A stretch of DNA of 24,000 nt from Chitinolyticbacter albus (GCF_024437655.1 NZ_JANBVF010000013.1:127548-151547), one strand, 5' to 3'; positions 8,527-15,593 are shown, counted from the first letter of the stretch. Translations and numbers: made by a program. The notes: generated from the sequence alone by a model not told the origin.

Positions 8527-9066
8527 TCATCGATCGCCATCTGCTGCATCGGATTGCTGGGCGGGTTGCAGCGCTTGTTGCAGCCATTGCTGATACGCAG
8601 GTCCCATGCCGTTCAGCAACTCGCCCCACTGGTTCGCATGTTCCTTCCATTCGCGCTGGCTTGCTTCCAGGTGCGAGAACAGCGTGAGTGCAAGCTCGGA
8701 AGACTTTCCCGACTGCGCGAGGTTGCCCAGCACGCGGCTCTGCTGGGTCTGCGCCAGCGCCAAGCTGGTCTGCCAGAGCTGGCACCACGCGCCGAAGATA
8801 CTCTGCTGCAAGTCACGCCATTGCGCGGTGGCATTGCTCAAACCATCCAGATCGGTATGTTGGGCCAGCGCGCGCCAGTTCGCATCGAACTGGGCTTCCT
8901 GCTCGCCATCCCAGGCCTGACGGGCGGCGATGCCTTGCCGCAACAGCTGTTTCCACGCTTCGGCATCCCAAATGGCGGGGGCCGCATGGGGGCCGAGCCA
9001 GCCCTGCCACCATTGCGTCGTGGCTTGTTGGGCGCGCAGATAGGGGTTGCGTGTGTTTGCATTCAT
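8527..9066 (-). CDS. Trp/Gln-rich helical protein of unknown function (possibly phasin/PhaE-like)
   Basis: 179 aa, very rich in W and Q (WWQGW, AWKQLL, QWRDLQQ, QLWQTSL, QQWLQQ). An AGGAG SD lies 7 nt upstream of the ATG. It begins 11 nt downstream of the esterase gene. The family assignment is a guess from composition and neighbourhood only. Confidence 0.6.
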   Translation of the reverse strand: MNANTRNPYLRAQQATTQWWQGWLGPHAAPAIWDAEAWKQLLRQGIAARQAWDGEQEAQFDANWRALAQHTDLDGLSNATAQWRDLQQSIFGAWCQLWQTSLALAQTQQSRVLGNLAQSGKSSELALTLFSHLEASQREWKEHANQWGELLNGMGPAYQQWLQQALQPAQQSDAADGDR

Positions 9067-9077
9067 GGTGGCTGCTC

Positions 9078-10136
9078 CTAGCGGGGGGTGGACAGGCGTT
9101 GCAGCATGGCCATCACCGCGGCCATCTGCGGCGCGGTTTTGCGGTAGTAATCGGGTTGAGCCGGGCTGGCGCTGGTGTAGCCCCAGAAATCCCAGCAGCC
9201 GTTCGGATTACGCCGTGGGTTGCTCTGGATCTGCGGGTAGAGCACGACAATGCGGTTGCTGTCGGCGAGCTCGTTATAGCCGGTGGTGCGAAAGAAGCGG
9301 TCGCCGAGCCGTGACGCTTCCTGGGTGCAGCCGTGGAACACTACGTGGACGCGGCAGGTTTCGCGGGCGCAGACCTTGGGCACGTAGGCAAAGCCAGTCG
9401 GGGCGAGGCCGTTGCTGGCGGTGCCTTGCTGGAATTCGCGCTGGTCGAACTCGAGCACCTGGCCGCCGGCATGCGCTGCTGGTGGTTTCAGGGCGCCGTA
9501 GATATGTCGCAGGATATCGTGCGACTGCATGAAGTTGCAGTTGTTGATATTGGGCGCGACATTTGCCGGGCAGGCCGGATCGGTGCTGTTGTTGGTCAGC
9601 AAGGCGTGGCCGGCGGCCAGGTTGTTGACGTATTTGAGCTGTGCCGCAGGCACGCCGGCTTCCTGGTAGAAGCGATGGGTCTGATCGACCACCTTGGTCC
9701 TGACGATGGTGTCGGCGGTGCCGCTGAACACGTAGATGCGCTGTTTCTTCAGGTTGACCGGATCATCGATCTGCCCGGCCGCGGCGAATTGCCGGGCGAA
9801 GGCGAGCGCTTGCTTGGCATCGGGGCCCGGGCCCAGTGGGTTCATGCAAAGGGTGGTGGCGGTGATGAGGTAAGGGTCGCCGCCGCTGCGATTGCCCAGG
9901 CCCGCGCAATAGAACGGCCCGCCAGCGACGATGCCCGCGCCGACCAACGTGCCGGAATAGGCGACGTTGAATTGCGCCGCCATAAAGGCGCCGGACGACA
10001 GGCCGGAGACGGAGGTCTGGGCGAGATCGGTGCCAAGGTGGGGTAGGCGCTCGGCCGCCAGGCCAGGCAGGGTCGCCACCAGCATCAATAGGGTGGTGGT
10101 AAGCCGCAGCAGGTAAATTACATACGTCATGGTCAT
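9078..10136 (-). CDS. Secreted esterase resembling an extracellular short-chain-length PHA/PHB depolymerase with type-2 catalytic domain
   Basis: 352 aa with an N-terminal signal peptide (LLMLVATLPGLAA). The lipase box GLSSGAFMA is close to the N-terminus and the oxyanion-type VHVVFHGC lies near the C-terminus, which is the type-2 order. The motif NGCWDFWGY is typical of PHB-depolymerase-family esterases. The start could be 10130 instead of 10136. Confidence 0.7.
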   Translation of the reverse strand: MTMTYVIYLLRLTTTLLMLVATLPGLAAERLPHLGTDLAQTSVSGLSSGAFMAAQFNVAYSGTLVGAGIVAGGPFYCAGLGNRSGGDPYLITATTLCMNPLGPGPDAKQALAFARQFAAAGQIDDPVNLKKQRIYVFSGTADTIVRTKVVDQTHRFYQEAGVPAAQLKYVNNLAAGHALLTNNSTDPACPANVAPNINNCNFMQSHDILRHIYGALKPPAAHAGGQVLEFDQREFQQGTASNGLAPTGFAYVPKVCARETCRVHVVFHGCTQEASRLGDRFFRTTGYNELADSNRIVVLYPQIQSNPRRNPNGCWDFWGYTSASPAQPDYYRKTAPQMAAVMAMLQRLSTPR

Positions 10137-10141
10137 TTCCT

Positions 10142-10561
10142 TCAGGGTTTGTTACCGCGTTGCAGCAGCTCGGTGATGCCGGCCCAGGCGACGAAAGCCA
10201 GGCCGATCTCGGTGGTGCCCACCGCGTAGGGCAAGCCGGCAAGTACGCCCATGGCGACCGCCTTGGCAAGTGCAATACCGTAGGCATCGCGTTCGATGCA
10301 GCGCTGTACCAGCAGCACGCTCAGGGCGGTGATGGCAAACACCAGCGCGCTGGCTCCGAGTATTACGCCGATGTGGGCGGCCCTGGGCAAGGGCTGGAGC
10401 AGTTGCGGCAGCAGCTCCTGCCAGGCGTGGTCGGTAGCCAGCATCACCAGCGCAGACAGCAGATGGATCGGGCTCTTGCGCAGGCCAGCATCCGCAGGGA
10501 CGGATGCGTTGTCCGGTATGGGGTCTGGCGGCGGTGGGGTGGAGTCGGAGGGCGGCGTCAC
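10142..10561 (-). CDS. Small integral membrane protein, unknown function
   Basis: 139 aa with a Pro-rich N-terminus followed by about 3 hydrophobic helices, and strong GC3 bias. The start is GTG with no SD, so it is uncertain. The gene ends 5 nt before the esterase start and begins 42 nt after rebB copy 1. Confidence 0.55.
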   Translation of the reverse strand: MTPPSDSTPPPPDPIPDNASVPADAGLRKSPIHLLSALVMLATDHAWQELLPQLLQPLPRAAHIGVILGASALVFAITALSVLLVQRCIERDAYGIALAKAVAMGVLAGLPYAVGTTEIGLAFVAWAGITELLQRGNKP

Positions 10562-10603
10562 GATGACAGCGGGGCCGGGGCGCGCGGCCTCGACCCCGAT
10601 GGG

Positions 10604-10939
10604 TTACAGGCCGCTGCGGTTGCCGAACGAATTCAGCACGGTGAGCAGGCTCGTCAGGTTGTCGGCAACGCCGCCCTGAGCCACCTTCTCGGTCGCTGCC
10701 GCGCCGGCCATGGTGTTCATGCTGTAGATCTGCATCACGCCCATATTGGCCGCGGCCTGCGCCAGGGTGTTCTGCTGTTGCTGGGCCGACACGGCATTCT
10801 CGAACAAGATGCCCGTGGAGTGGGCCATGGTCTGATAGATCGAGCTCATGGCCATGGCCGGCGCTTCGGCCAATACCTTCACGTTGCTCTGGGTGACGGC
10901 ATCGGTGATCTGGTTGTTCACTGCGGTGGGAAAACTCAT
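10604..10939 (-). CDS. rebB: RebB-family R-body protein (killing-trait domain), tandem copy 1
   Basis: 111 aa: MSFPTAVNNQITDAVTQSNVKVLAEAPAMAMSSIYQTMAHSTGILFENAVSAQQQQNTL... The N-terminal signature VN.QITDAVTQ.NVKV.AEAPA.A...YQ..AHS.G matches what I recall of RebA/RebB/RebD and the P. aeruginosa RebP proteins. AGGAG SD present. Confidence 0.85.
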   Translation of the reverse strand: MSFPTAVNNQITDAVTQSNVKVLAEAPAMAMSSIYQTMAHSTGILFENAVSAQQQQNTLAQAAANMGVMQIYSMNTMAGAAATEKVAQGGVADNLTSLLTVLNSFGNRSGL

Positions 10940-10974
10940 GGTGGAGCTCCTGGATCAGATGGAGGAAGGAATGA

Positions 10975-11301
10975 TCAGCCGCGCGGGAAGCTGTTCATGA
11001 CGGAGAGCAGGCTGGTCAGGTTGTCCGCCACGCCGCCTTGCGACACCTTTTCGGTCGCGGCTGCATCGGCCATGGTGTCGACGCTGTAGATCTGCATCAC
11101 GCCGGTATTGGCAGCGGCTTGCGACAGCGTGTTCTGTTGTTGTTGGGCCGAGGTGGCGTTCTCGAACAGAATGCCGGTCGAATGCGCCATGGTCTGGAAC
11201 AACGAGGCGATGGCGACGGCCGGTGCTTCCGCCAGTACCTTGACGTTGGTCTGGGTGACGGCATCGGTGATCTGGTTGTTGACTGCGGTGGGGTAAGCCA
11301 T
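10975..11301 (-). CDS. rebB: RebB-family R-body protein, tandem copy 2
   Basis: 108 aa: MAYPTAVNNQITDAVTQTNVKVLAEAPAVAIASLFQTMAHSTGILFENATSAQQQQNTL... It is collinear with copies 1 and 3 over its full length. GGAGA SD present. Confidence 0.85.
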   Translation of the reverse strand: MAYPTAVNNQITDAVTQTNVKVLAEAPAVAIASLFQTMAHSTGILFENATSAQQQQNTLSQAAANTGVMQIYSVDTMADAAATEKVSQGGVADNLTSLLSVMNSFPRG

Positions 11302-11360
11302 GGGAAATCTCCAAGTTCAAGCGGCGATACGATCGGGGGAAGACATACCGCCGGTTGCGA

Positions 11361-11684
11361 TTAGCGGCGGAACGAGTTCAGCACGGTGAGCAGGCTGGTC
11401 AGATTGTCGGCGACGCCGGCCTGCGACACCTTTTCGGTGCCGGCAGCACCGGCCATGGTGTCCACGCTGTAGATCTGGATCACGCCCATATTGGTCGCGG
11501 CCTGGGTCAGCGTGTTCTGTTGCTGCTGGGCCGAGACCGCGTTCTCGAACAAAATGCCGGTGGAATGGGCCATCGATTGGTACAGCGAGCCCAGCGCCAC
11601 GGCCGGCGCTTCGCCCAGCACCTTGACGTTGGACTGCGTGACTGCATCGGTGATCTGGTCGTTGACGGAAGTCGGGAAAGCCAT
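11361..11684 (-). CDS. rebB: RebB-family R-body protein, tandem copy 3 (promoter-proximal)
   Basis: 107 aa: MAFPTSVNDQITDAVTQSNVKVLGEAPAVALGSLYQSMAHSTGILFENAVSAQQQQNTL... AGGAGA SD present. Preceded by the TTCACA-N15-CGTC motif. Confidence 0.85.
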   Translation of the reverse strand: MAFPTSVNDQITDAVTQSNVKVLGEAPAVALGSLYQSMAHSTGILFENAVSAQQQQNTLTQAATNMGVIQIYSVDTMAGAAGTEKVSQAGVADNLTSLLTVLNSFRR

Positions 11685-11733
11685 CTCGTTTCTCCTGGAA
11701 GGTAGGCACGGCAGTTGCCGTGCTGCTGATAGG

Positions 11734-11758
11734 GACGCTGCCGTAAGCCGGCTGTGAA
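11734..11758 (-). promoter_or_regulatory. Candidate ECF-sigma promoter P(rebB): TTCACA-N15-CGTC
   Basis: The minus strand reads acgTTCACAgccggcttacggcagCGTCcct. The putative -10 lies 50 nt upstream of the rebB copy 3 ATG. This is one of five identical-format motifs in the locus. Confidence 0.6.
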
Positions 11759-11760
11759 CG

Positions 11761-12306
11761 TCAGGATGCGGGGCCCGGATCGGTCGACGCGGGCGGTGTG
11801 GCAGCGTCCTGCTGCTTGGCCAGGCGGGCGATCACCGCCTGCAGCTCCTGCGACAGCGGCCCGAAATACTGGTTGAAGCACGCTTCAACCTCCTGCTTGG
11901 CAAGGCCGGCAAGCCGGTCGGCGATCTGCGATAGCACCATCTGCGCGCCACCCGGCTGCGCGCCGGGTTGCAGCGTGGATGGGCGCAGATCGGCCAGCGT
12001 GCGCGCGCCGTCCACCAGCTTCAGGATCGCCGCTTCCTCCTGGGCCTGCTGTTGCAGTGCCTGGCCGGTGCTGGCCTGTATCGTTTGCAGGGTGTCGCGC
12101 ACGCTGGCTGTCGCCCGGGCGCGGCTGGCATCGACGGTCTGGGCCGCCTGTTGCTTCAGTTGCGCCCCGGCGTCCTGCTGCGTCAAGCCTTGCTGGAAGG
12201 CGAGCAGGCGCTGCGCCTCCGCGCCTTCCAGCGGCCGCTGCAGCCAAGCCTCGGCCAGCTGTTGCAGGTCCGGATGCAATATCGGGGCGGGGCCGGCTTC
12301 AGACAT
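11761..12306 (-). CDS. Gln/Ala-rich helical (coiled-coil-like) protein, unknown function, R-body locus
   Basis: 181 aa from the ATG at 12306 (MSEAGPAPILHPDLQQLAEAWLQRPLEG...), with a GGAG SD. The start overlaps the stop of the upstream 73-aa ORF (ATGTCTGA). The longer track ORF (from 12447) has an implausible Arg/Trp-rich N-terminus. Confidence 0.6.
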   Translation of the reverse strand: MSEAGPAPILHPDLQQLAEAWLQRPLEGAEAQRLLAFQQGLTQQDAGAQLKQQAAQTVDASRARATASVRDTLQTIQASTGQALQQQAQEEAAILKLVDGARTLADLRPSTLQPGAQPGGAQMVLSQIADRLAGLAKQEVEACFNQYFGPLSQELQAVIARLAKQQDAATPPASTDPGPAS

Positions 12307-12520
12307 GCTGCGCTCCGCTCGTGGCTGCGTTGTCGTGCGGCAGTTCAGCCACGATGGGTGCCAGCGCGCTGCGTGCCGTTGCCAGCGCCTGGGCGAGACG
12401 GGCGTACTCGGCGTCGCTGCCGTCAGGCTCCGACTGGCCCAGTGCATGGGACCACTCGTTCAGGCACTGCGCCAGCAGCTGCTGCAGGCCGGCATAAAGG
12501 GAAACCAGATCGTCTTGCAT
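12299..12520 (-). CDS. Small helical protein (73 aa), unknown function, R-body locus
   Basis: MQDDLVSLYAGLQQLLAQCLNEWSHALGQSEPDGSDAEYARLAQALATARSALAPIVAELPHDNAATSGAQHV. An AGGAG SD lies 8 nt upstream of the ATG at 12520, and the TTCACA-N15-CGTC motif is 56 nt upstream. Confidence 0.55.
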   Translation of the reverse strand: MQDDLVSLYAGLQQLLAQCLNEWSHALGQSEPDGSDAEYARLAQALATARSALAPIVAELPHDNAATSGAQHV

Positions 12521-12575
12521 GGACACGCTCCTGATGGATGTCGGGGAATCCTGCGCAAGGCAGGGACATTGTCTG

Positions 12576-12600
12576 GACGTGGCGGCGGCCCATTTGTGAA
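12576..12600 (-). promoter_or_regulatory. Candidate ECF-sigma promoter: TTCACA-N15-CGTC
   Basis: The minus strand reads ctcTTCACAaatgggccgccgccaCGTCcag, upstream of the 73-aa/181-aa gene pair. Confidence 0.6.
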
Positions 12601-12879
12601 GAGGGCCCGTGTCAGCGGCGGAGATCGGCGCCGGCCGCATTTTCAGCAACGTCGACGGCCGTGTCCAAATGGGGGACGCTGCACTCCGGGCGCGTGGGGG
12701 TGATGACGCCCGGCCCGTCGTCCTGCTTGGGTGGCATGGCCGGTATCTGTAGGGGTACCGGCAGAGGGCTGTCGGCGGCAGCGGTACCAGCCAGCCTGAA
12801 ACTGCCGCGAGCGCGAGTTCCAAGCCGGCGGTGGTCAGGATTGGGGCGGGGCGTCATCGGCGTGAGGTACGCCGCAGGT

Positions 12880-13317
12880 TCAGTGTTCCTGTGTCAGGAA
12901 CAAGGTCTGCTCCATGGACCGCCGCTTCACCAGCCCTGGCAGCACCTTGCCGCCTGCCCGACACCACTTCGGGAATTCCTGCGCGGCCTCATCGTAGTGG
13001 CCGGCGTTCAATCGGCGTAGCAGCGTTGAATGCTGCAGGTTGGCCAGGCCCAGGTTGTAGGAAAAGCTCACGAGGGCATCAAACTGGTTCTGGTTGAGCG
13101 GCACCGTCACCGCGCGGCCTACACCGGCCTCGAAGCGGGTCAGGTCGCCCTGCAGCAGCGCGGCGGCCTGGATCTGGCTGATGCTGAGGCCGGGATGCAC
13201 ATCGCTGCCGGTATGGCCGTAGCCTATGGTCCAGATGCCGACCACATCCTGGTATGCGGTGAGGCGCAGGCCTTCGAAGCGCTCGATCAGCGCAATGCCA
13301 TTGGAGCTGGTTTGCAT
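12880..13317 (-). CDS. Phage-type lysozyme / muramidase, glycoside hydrolase family 24
   Basis: 145 aa: MQTSSNGIALIERFEGLRLTAYQDVVGIWTIGYGHTG...FDALVSFSYNLG...LPGLVKRR..E. It carries the canonical GH24 Glu (FEG), Asp (YQD) and Thr (WTIGYGHT) motifs. There is no signal peptide or SAR-type N-terminal helix. AAGGAAG SD present. Confidence 0.9.
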   Translation of the reverse strand: MQTSSNGIALIERFEGLRLTAYQDVVGIWTIGYGHTGSDVHPGLSISQIQAAALLQGDLTRFEAGVGRAVTVPLNQNQFDALVSFSYNLGLANLQHSTLLRRLNAGHYDEAAQEFPKWCRAGGKVLPGLVKRRSMEQTLFLTQEH

Positions 13318-13390
13318 GATCTTCCTTTCACTAAGGCCGGCACGTGCAAGCGGATGCGCCGCAGCCGCGTTGTCGTGCCGGTATCGGGGT

Positions 13391-13744
13391 TTACAGGAGA
13401 TGCAATACGCGAATCAGGCGTTGAATCGCTTCGGCGGCCTGGAACAAGCGAAAGCCGGGCGTATTCTGATAGGCCCTCACATCGTCGAAGGCGGCGTTAA
13501 ATGGCGCGCGCTGTGCAGGCCCATGCAGCACGACCGCCACGCCGCTCGGGGTCGTCAATCCGCTTACGTCCTCCCAGCCAAACGGATTTGCGCCGCCATG
13601 TTGCGTGATCCAGTCTTGCAAATTGCTGAAATACATTGCAAAACCCGCCAAATAGGGCTGCTGATAGCGCGGTGAGGAATTGGCCCAATTGGCAAGATTG
13701 GGGTGATTCATTTGCTGTGCGAGTTCTTGCGTGGTGAATGCCAT
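13391..13744 (-). CDS. Hypothetical protein (117 aa), between the papain-fold gene and the lysozyme gene
   Basis: MAFTTQELAQQMNHPNLANWANSSPRYQQPYLAGFAMYFSNLQDWITQHGG... GGAG SD present, good GC3. No TM segment and no motif I recognise. Confidence 0.55.
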   Translation of the reverse strand: MAFTTQELAQQMNHPNLANWANSSPRYQQPYLAGFAMYFSNLQDWITQHGGANPFGWEDVSGLTTPSGVAVVLHGPAQRAPFNAAFDDVRAYQNTPGFRLFQAAEAIQRLIRVLHLL

Positions 13745-13786
13745 CGGTGGCTCCGGTGTATCAGGGCTTGCACAGATGAACCACTG

Positions 13787-14431
13787 CTAAAGCTGGCACT
13801 GCACGCCGTCTTGCCAGAATCCGGCAAAGCGAAAACCGCTGCCCAGGCTGTCGCAGAACTCGGCCAGCTCATAGGGGGTCATCGCGGCTGGGCGTTGATT
13901 GAAGATCGACGGTGGTGGCGGATTGAGATTGGCGCTGATATAGAGGTTGCCGATTTCATAGCAATTGACCACGAATTGGGAGCAAAAAGACTGGTGCCCA
14001 ATTGCGACCGAATCGTTGATGCGCTGAATCAGGTCATTGCCGCCGGGGCCGGAGCGAATGACCGACAGCATGGCCTTGGTGCAGCTGTATTCACCGCAGA
14101 TATTGCTGTTTTCCCGGTCGTTGAAGAATTGCGACGCCGCGAAAGCCGCCGCGTCGCCAAGGGCCGTGTTGGTCGGCGTGAAGATCAGCCCGGAACGGGG
14201 CGGGCGCTCGTCGGCGAGATTGGTGGCCACGATGCCATCGCCCACACTTTCGATCACGGTATTGTTTCCCACCGCGATGGCGGCATGGACAATGGGGACG
14301 CGTGGCGCTTCGCCTCCCGAGAAGACTTTCATTTTCAGCCATTGGCCGGCGCGGATGAATACGCGGGGCAGTTTGGTCGAACGCTCATCGTTGATGGTTG
14401 CGACGCTGAATACGATATCACCGACATTCAT
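13787..14431 (-). CDS. Permuted papain-fold (NlpC/P60 superfamily, YiiX/peptidase C92-like) putative hydrolase
   Basis: 214 aa from the ATG at 14431 (GGAGAG SD 4 nt upstream; the track start at 14443 is a TTG). The motif order is GDIVF ... VHAAIAVG ... VIESV ... FCSQFVVNCY, with His before Cys as in circularly permuted NlpC/P60 enzymes. The family call rests on motif order only. Confidence 0.55.
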   Translation of the reverse strand: MNVGDIVFSVATINDERSTKLPRVFIRAGQWLKMKVFSGGEAPRVPIVHAAIAVGNNTVIESVGDGIVATNLADERPPRSGLIFTPTNTALGDAAAFAASQFFNDRENSNICGEYSCTKAMLSVIRSGPGGNDLIQRINDSVAIGHQSFCSQFVVNCYEIGNLYISANLNPPPPSIFNQRPAAMTPYELAEFCDSLGSGFRFAGFWQDGVQCQL

Positions 14432-14498
14432 GGTGCTCTCCAAAGGGCTATGGGGGTAAGGGTGGGTGCCGACGCAATGACCGGGCGCCCCTCATTAC

Positions 14499-14523
14499 AA
14501 CGAAACGAAAATCAAGTTGTGAA
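14499..14523 (-). promoter_or_regulatory. Candidate ECF-sigma promoter: TTCACA-N15-CGTT
   Basis: The minus strand reads tgtTTCACAacttgattttcgtttCGTTgta, 68 nt upstream of the papain-fold gene ATG. Confidence 0.6.
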
Positions 14524-14554
14524 ACACGGCATTCGCAAGCAAACGGCGCGCCCT

Positions 14555-15229
14555 TCAGCCCTTGCGATCGAGCAGGTTGTGATATTTGTCGATGCTCTGG
14601 TCGATCTTATCGAGCGCGAAATGCGCCGATTCCGCCTCGATTGCGCCCGCTGCTGCGGCGACGGCGGCCGCCGTGCCCATCAGCAGATCGGTCAGCAGCA
14701 CCCCGAGGGCATCCTCGGCCGCGCCCTTGAGGTCTTCCTTGGCGAACTTCTCGGTCATGTTCTTCAACAGCACGCTTTTGCTGGCGAGCGCCATCTTGCT
14801 GGCGCCGTCGAAGTAGGCCGCCGCGGACTGGGCGACAAGGCCGCTTGCCTGCGTGATCATCATGTTGGGTGCCACGGCGATCTGGCTGGCGGCGTAGGCC
14901 GCCGTCTCGGCATTGCTGATCTGTACCGCCTGCACGATTTGATCGTTCAGTGCATCGGTGGACGGGGGTAAGCCACCGGGGCCCTGGACCAGCTGCTGAT
15001 TGAGGCTGCTGAGCAAGGTCGGGGGCGGCTTGCTGGCAGGCGCCGCCGCGGGTGGCGAGGTGGCCGGGGTGGCCGGGGTGGCCGGGGTGGGCGTGGCATC
15101 CGGTGTCGCCGCCTCGGCCGCCGGAGCGTCTGCGGATGCCGGCGCGCCGGCCGTAGTGGCTACGGGCGCCACCGGGCTGGCGGGCTCCCGGGCGGCTTGC
15201 TTGCCGAACAGCATGTCTTTCAGGCTCAT
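14555..15229 (-). CDS. Pro/Ala/Thr-rich protein with a divergent Reb-like segment
   Basis: 224 aa. Residues about 10-75 are low-complexity (PATPATPATSPPAAAPASKPPP). After that, ALNDQIVQAVQISNAETAAYAASQIAVAPNMMITQASGL is collinear with the Reb signature AVNNQITDAVTQSNVKVLAEAPAMAMSSIYQTMAHSTGI. The similarity was judged by eye. Confidence 0.6.
   Translation of the reverse strand: MSLKDMLFGKQAAREPASPVAPVATTAGAPASADAPAAEAATPDATPTPATPATPATSPPAAAPASKPPPTLLSSLNQQLVQGPGGLPPSTDALNDQIVQAVQISNAETAAYAASQIAVAPNMMITQASGLVAQSAAAYFDGASKMALASKSVLLKNMTEKFAKEDLKGAAEDALGVLLTDLLMGTAAAVAAAAGAIEAESAHFALDKIDQSIDKYHNLLDRKG
15061..15087. repeat. Perfect 3 x 9-bp tandem repeat (tggccgggg), with degenerate copies either side
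   Basis: tggccgggg occurs at 15061, 15070 and 15079. It encodes the PATPATPAT tract of the 224-aa protein on the minus strand. Confidence 0.9.
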
Positions 15230-15276
15230 GGCTCGATGTCCTAGGGAGCGCCGGGCTGCGGCGGGTCAGTCAGGGC

Positions 15277-15513
15277 TCAGGTCTTGTCGCCGACCGAGAG
15301 AATCATGGTCACGGCCTTGGAAACGACGGCGCTGGAAATCTGGTTCAGCGCCTGTTGGCTGTGTATCGCGTTCTGTAGCGACAGGCCGGCCGAGTGGCTG
15401 GCGATCTGATACAGCGCAGCCATGGCCTGGGCCGGCGCCTCTGCCACGACCTTCACATTGGTCTGGGTGACTGCATCGGTGATCTGTGCGTTGACGGGCG
15501 TGTTGTCTGCCAT
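15277..15513 (-). CDS. Short RebB-family R-body protein (78 aa; RebD-sized paralog)
   Basis: MADNTPVNAQITDAVTQTNVKVVAEAPAQAMAALYQIASHSAGLSLQNAIHSQQALNQISSAVVSKAVTMILSVGDKT. It has the full Reb N-terminal signature and a GAGGAGAGAGG SD. The track ORF (15277..15879) is an over-extension across the promoter region and the end of the sigma-factor gene. Confidence 0.85.
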   Translation of the reverse strand: MADNTPVNAQITDAVTQTNVKVVAEAPAQAMAALYQIASHSAGLSLQNAIHSQQALNQISSAVVSKAVTMILSVGDKT

Positions 15514-15593
15514 GAACCTCTCTCCTCGGTGGTTGCGGCCGGTTGAACGACTGGTGCGGGCCCGGTGGCGAGGGCGCCGCACATGCAGACAGG

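Larger units (their letters stand above)
10604..11684 (-). repeat. Tandem triplication of the rebB gene unit (periods of 362 and 383 bp)
   Basis: The three genes align along their full length at DNA level with long identical runs. For example, ctgggtgacggcatcggtgatctggttgtt is shared by copies 1 and 2. The 14-mer gcatcggtgatctg occurs at 10899, 11261 and 11644, and again at 15473 in the short paralog. Confidence 0.85.

Noticed and set aside
12612-12857. 81-aa Pro-rich ORF (or its internal 41-aa version MPPKQDDGPGV...) just downstream of the lysozyme gene, considered as a possible spanin or Rz1-like lysis accessory.
   Set aside because: It has no SD before either ATG, no signal peptide or lipobox, no TM segment, and only moderate codon bias. 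The interval also has to hold the promoter motif at 12576-12600. It is left unannotated but is worth a look if ribosome profiling or proteomics become available.
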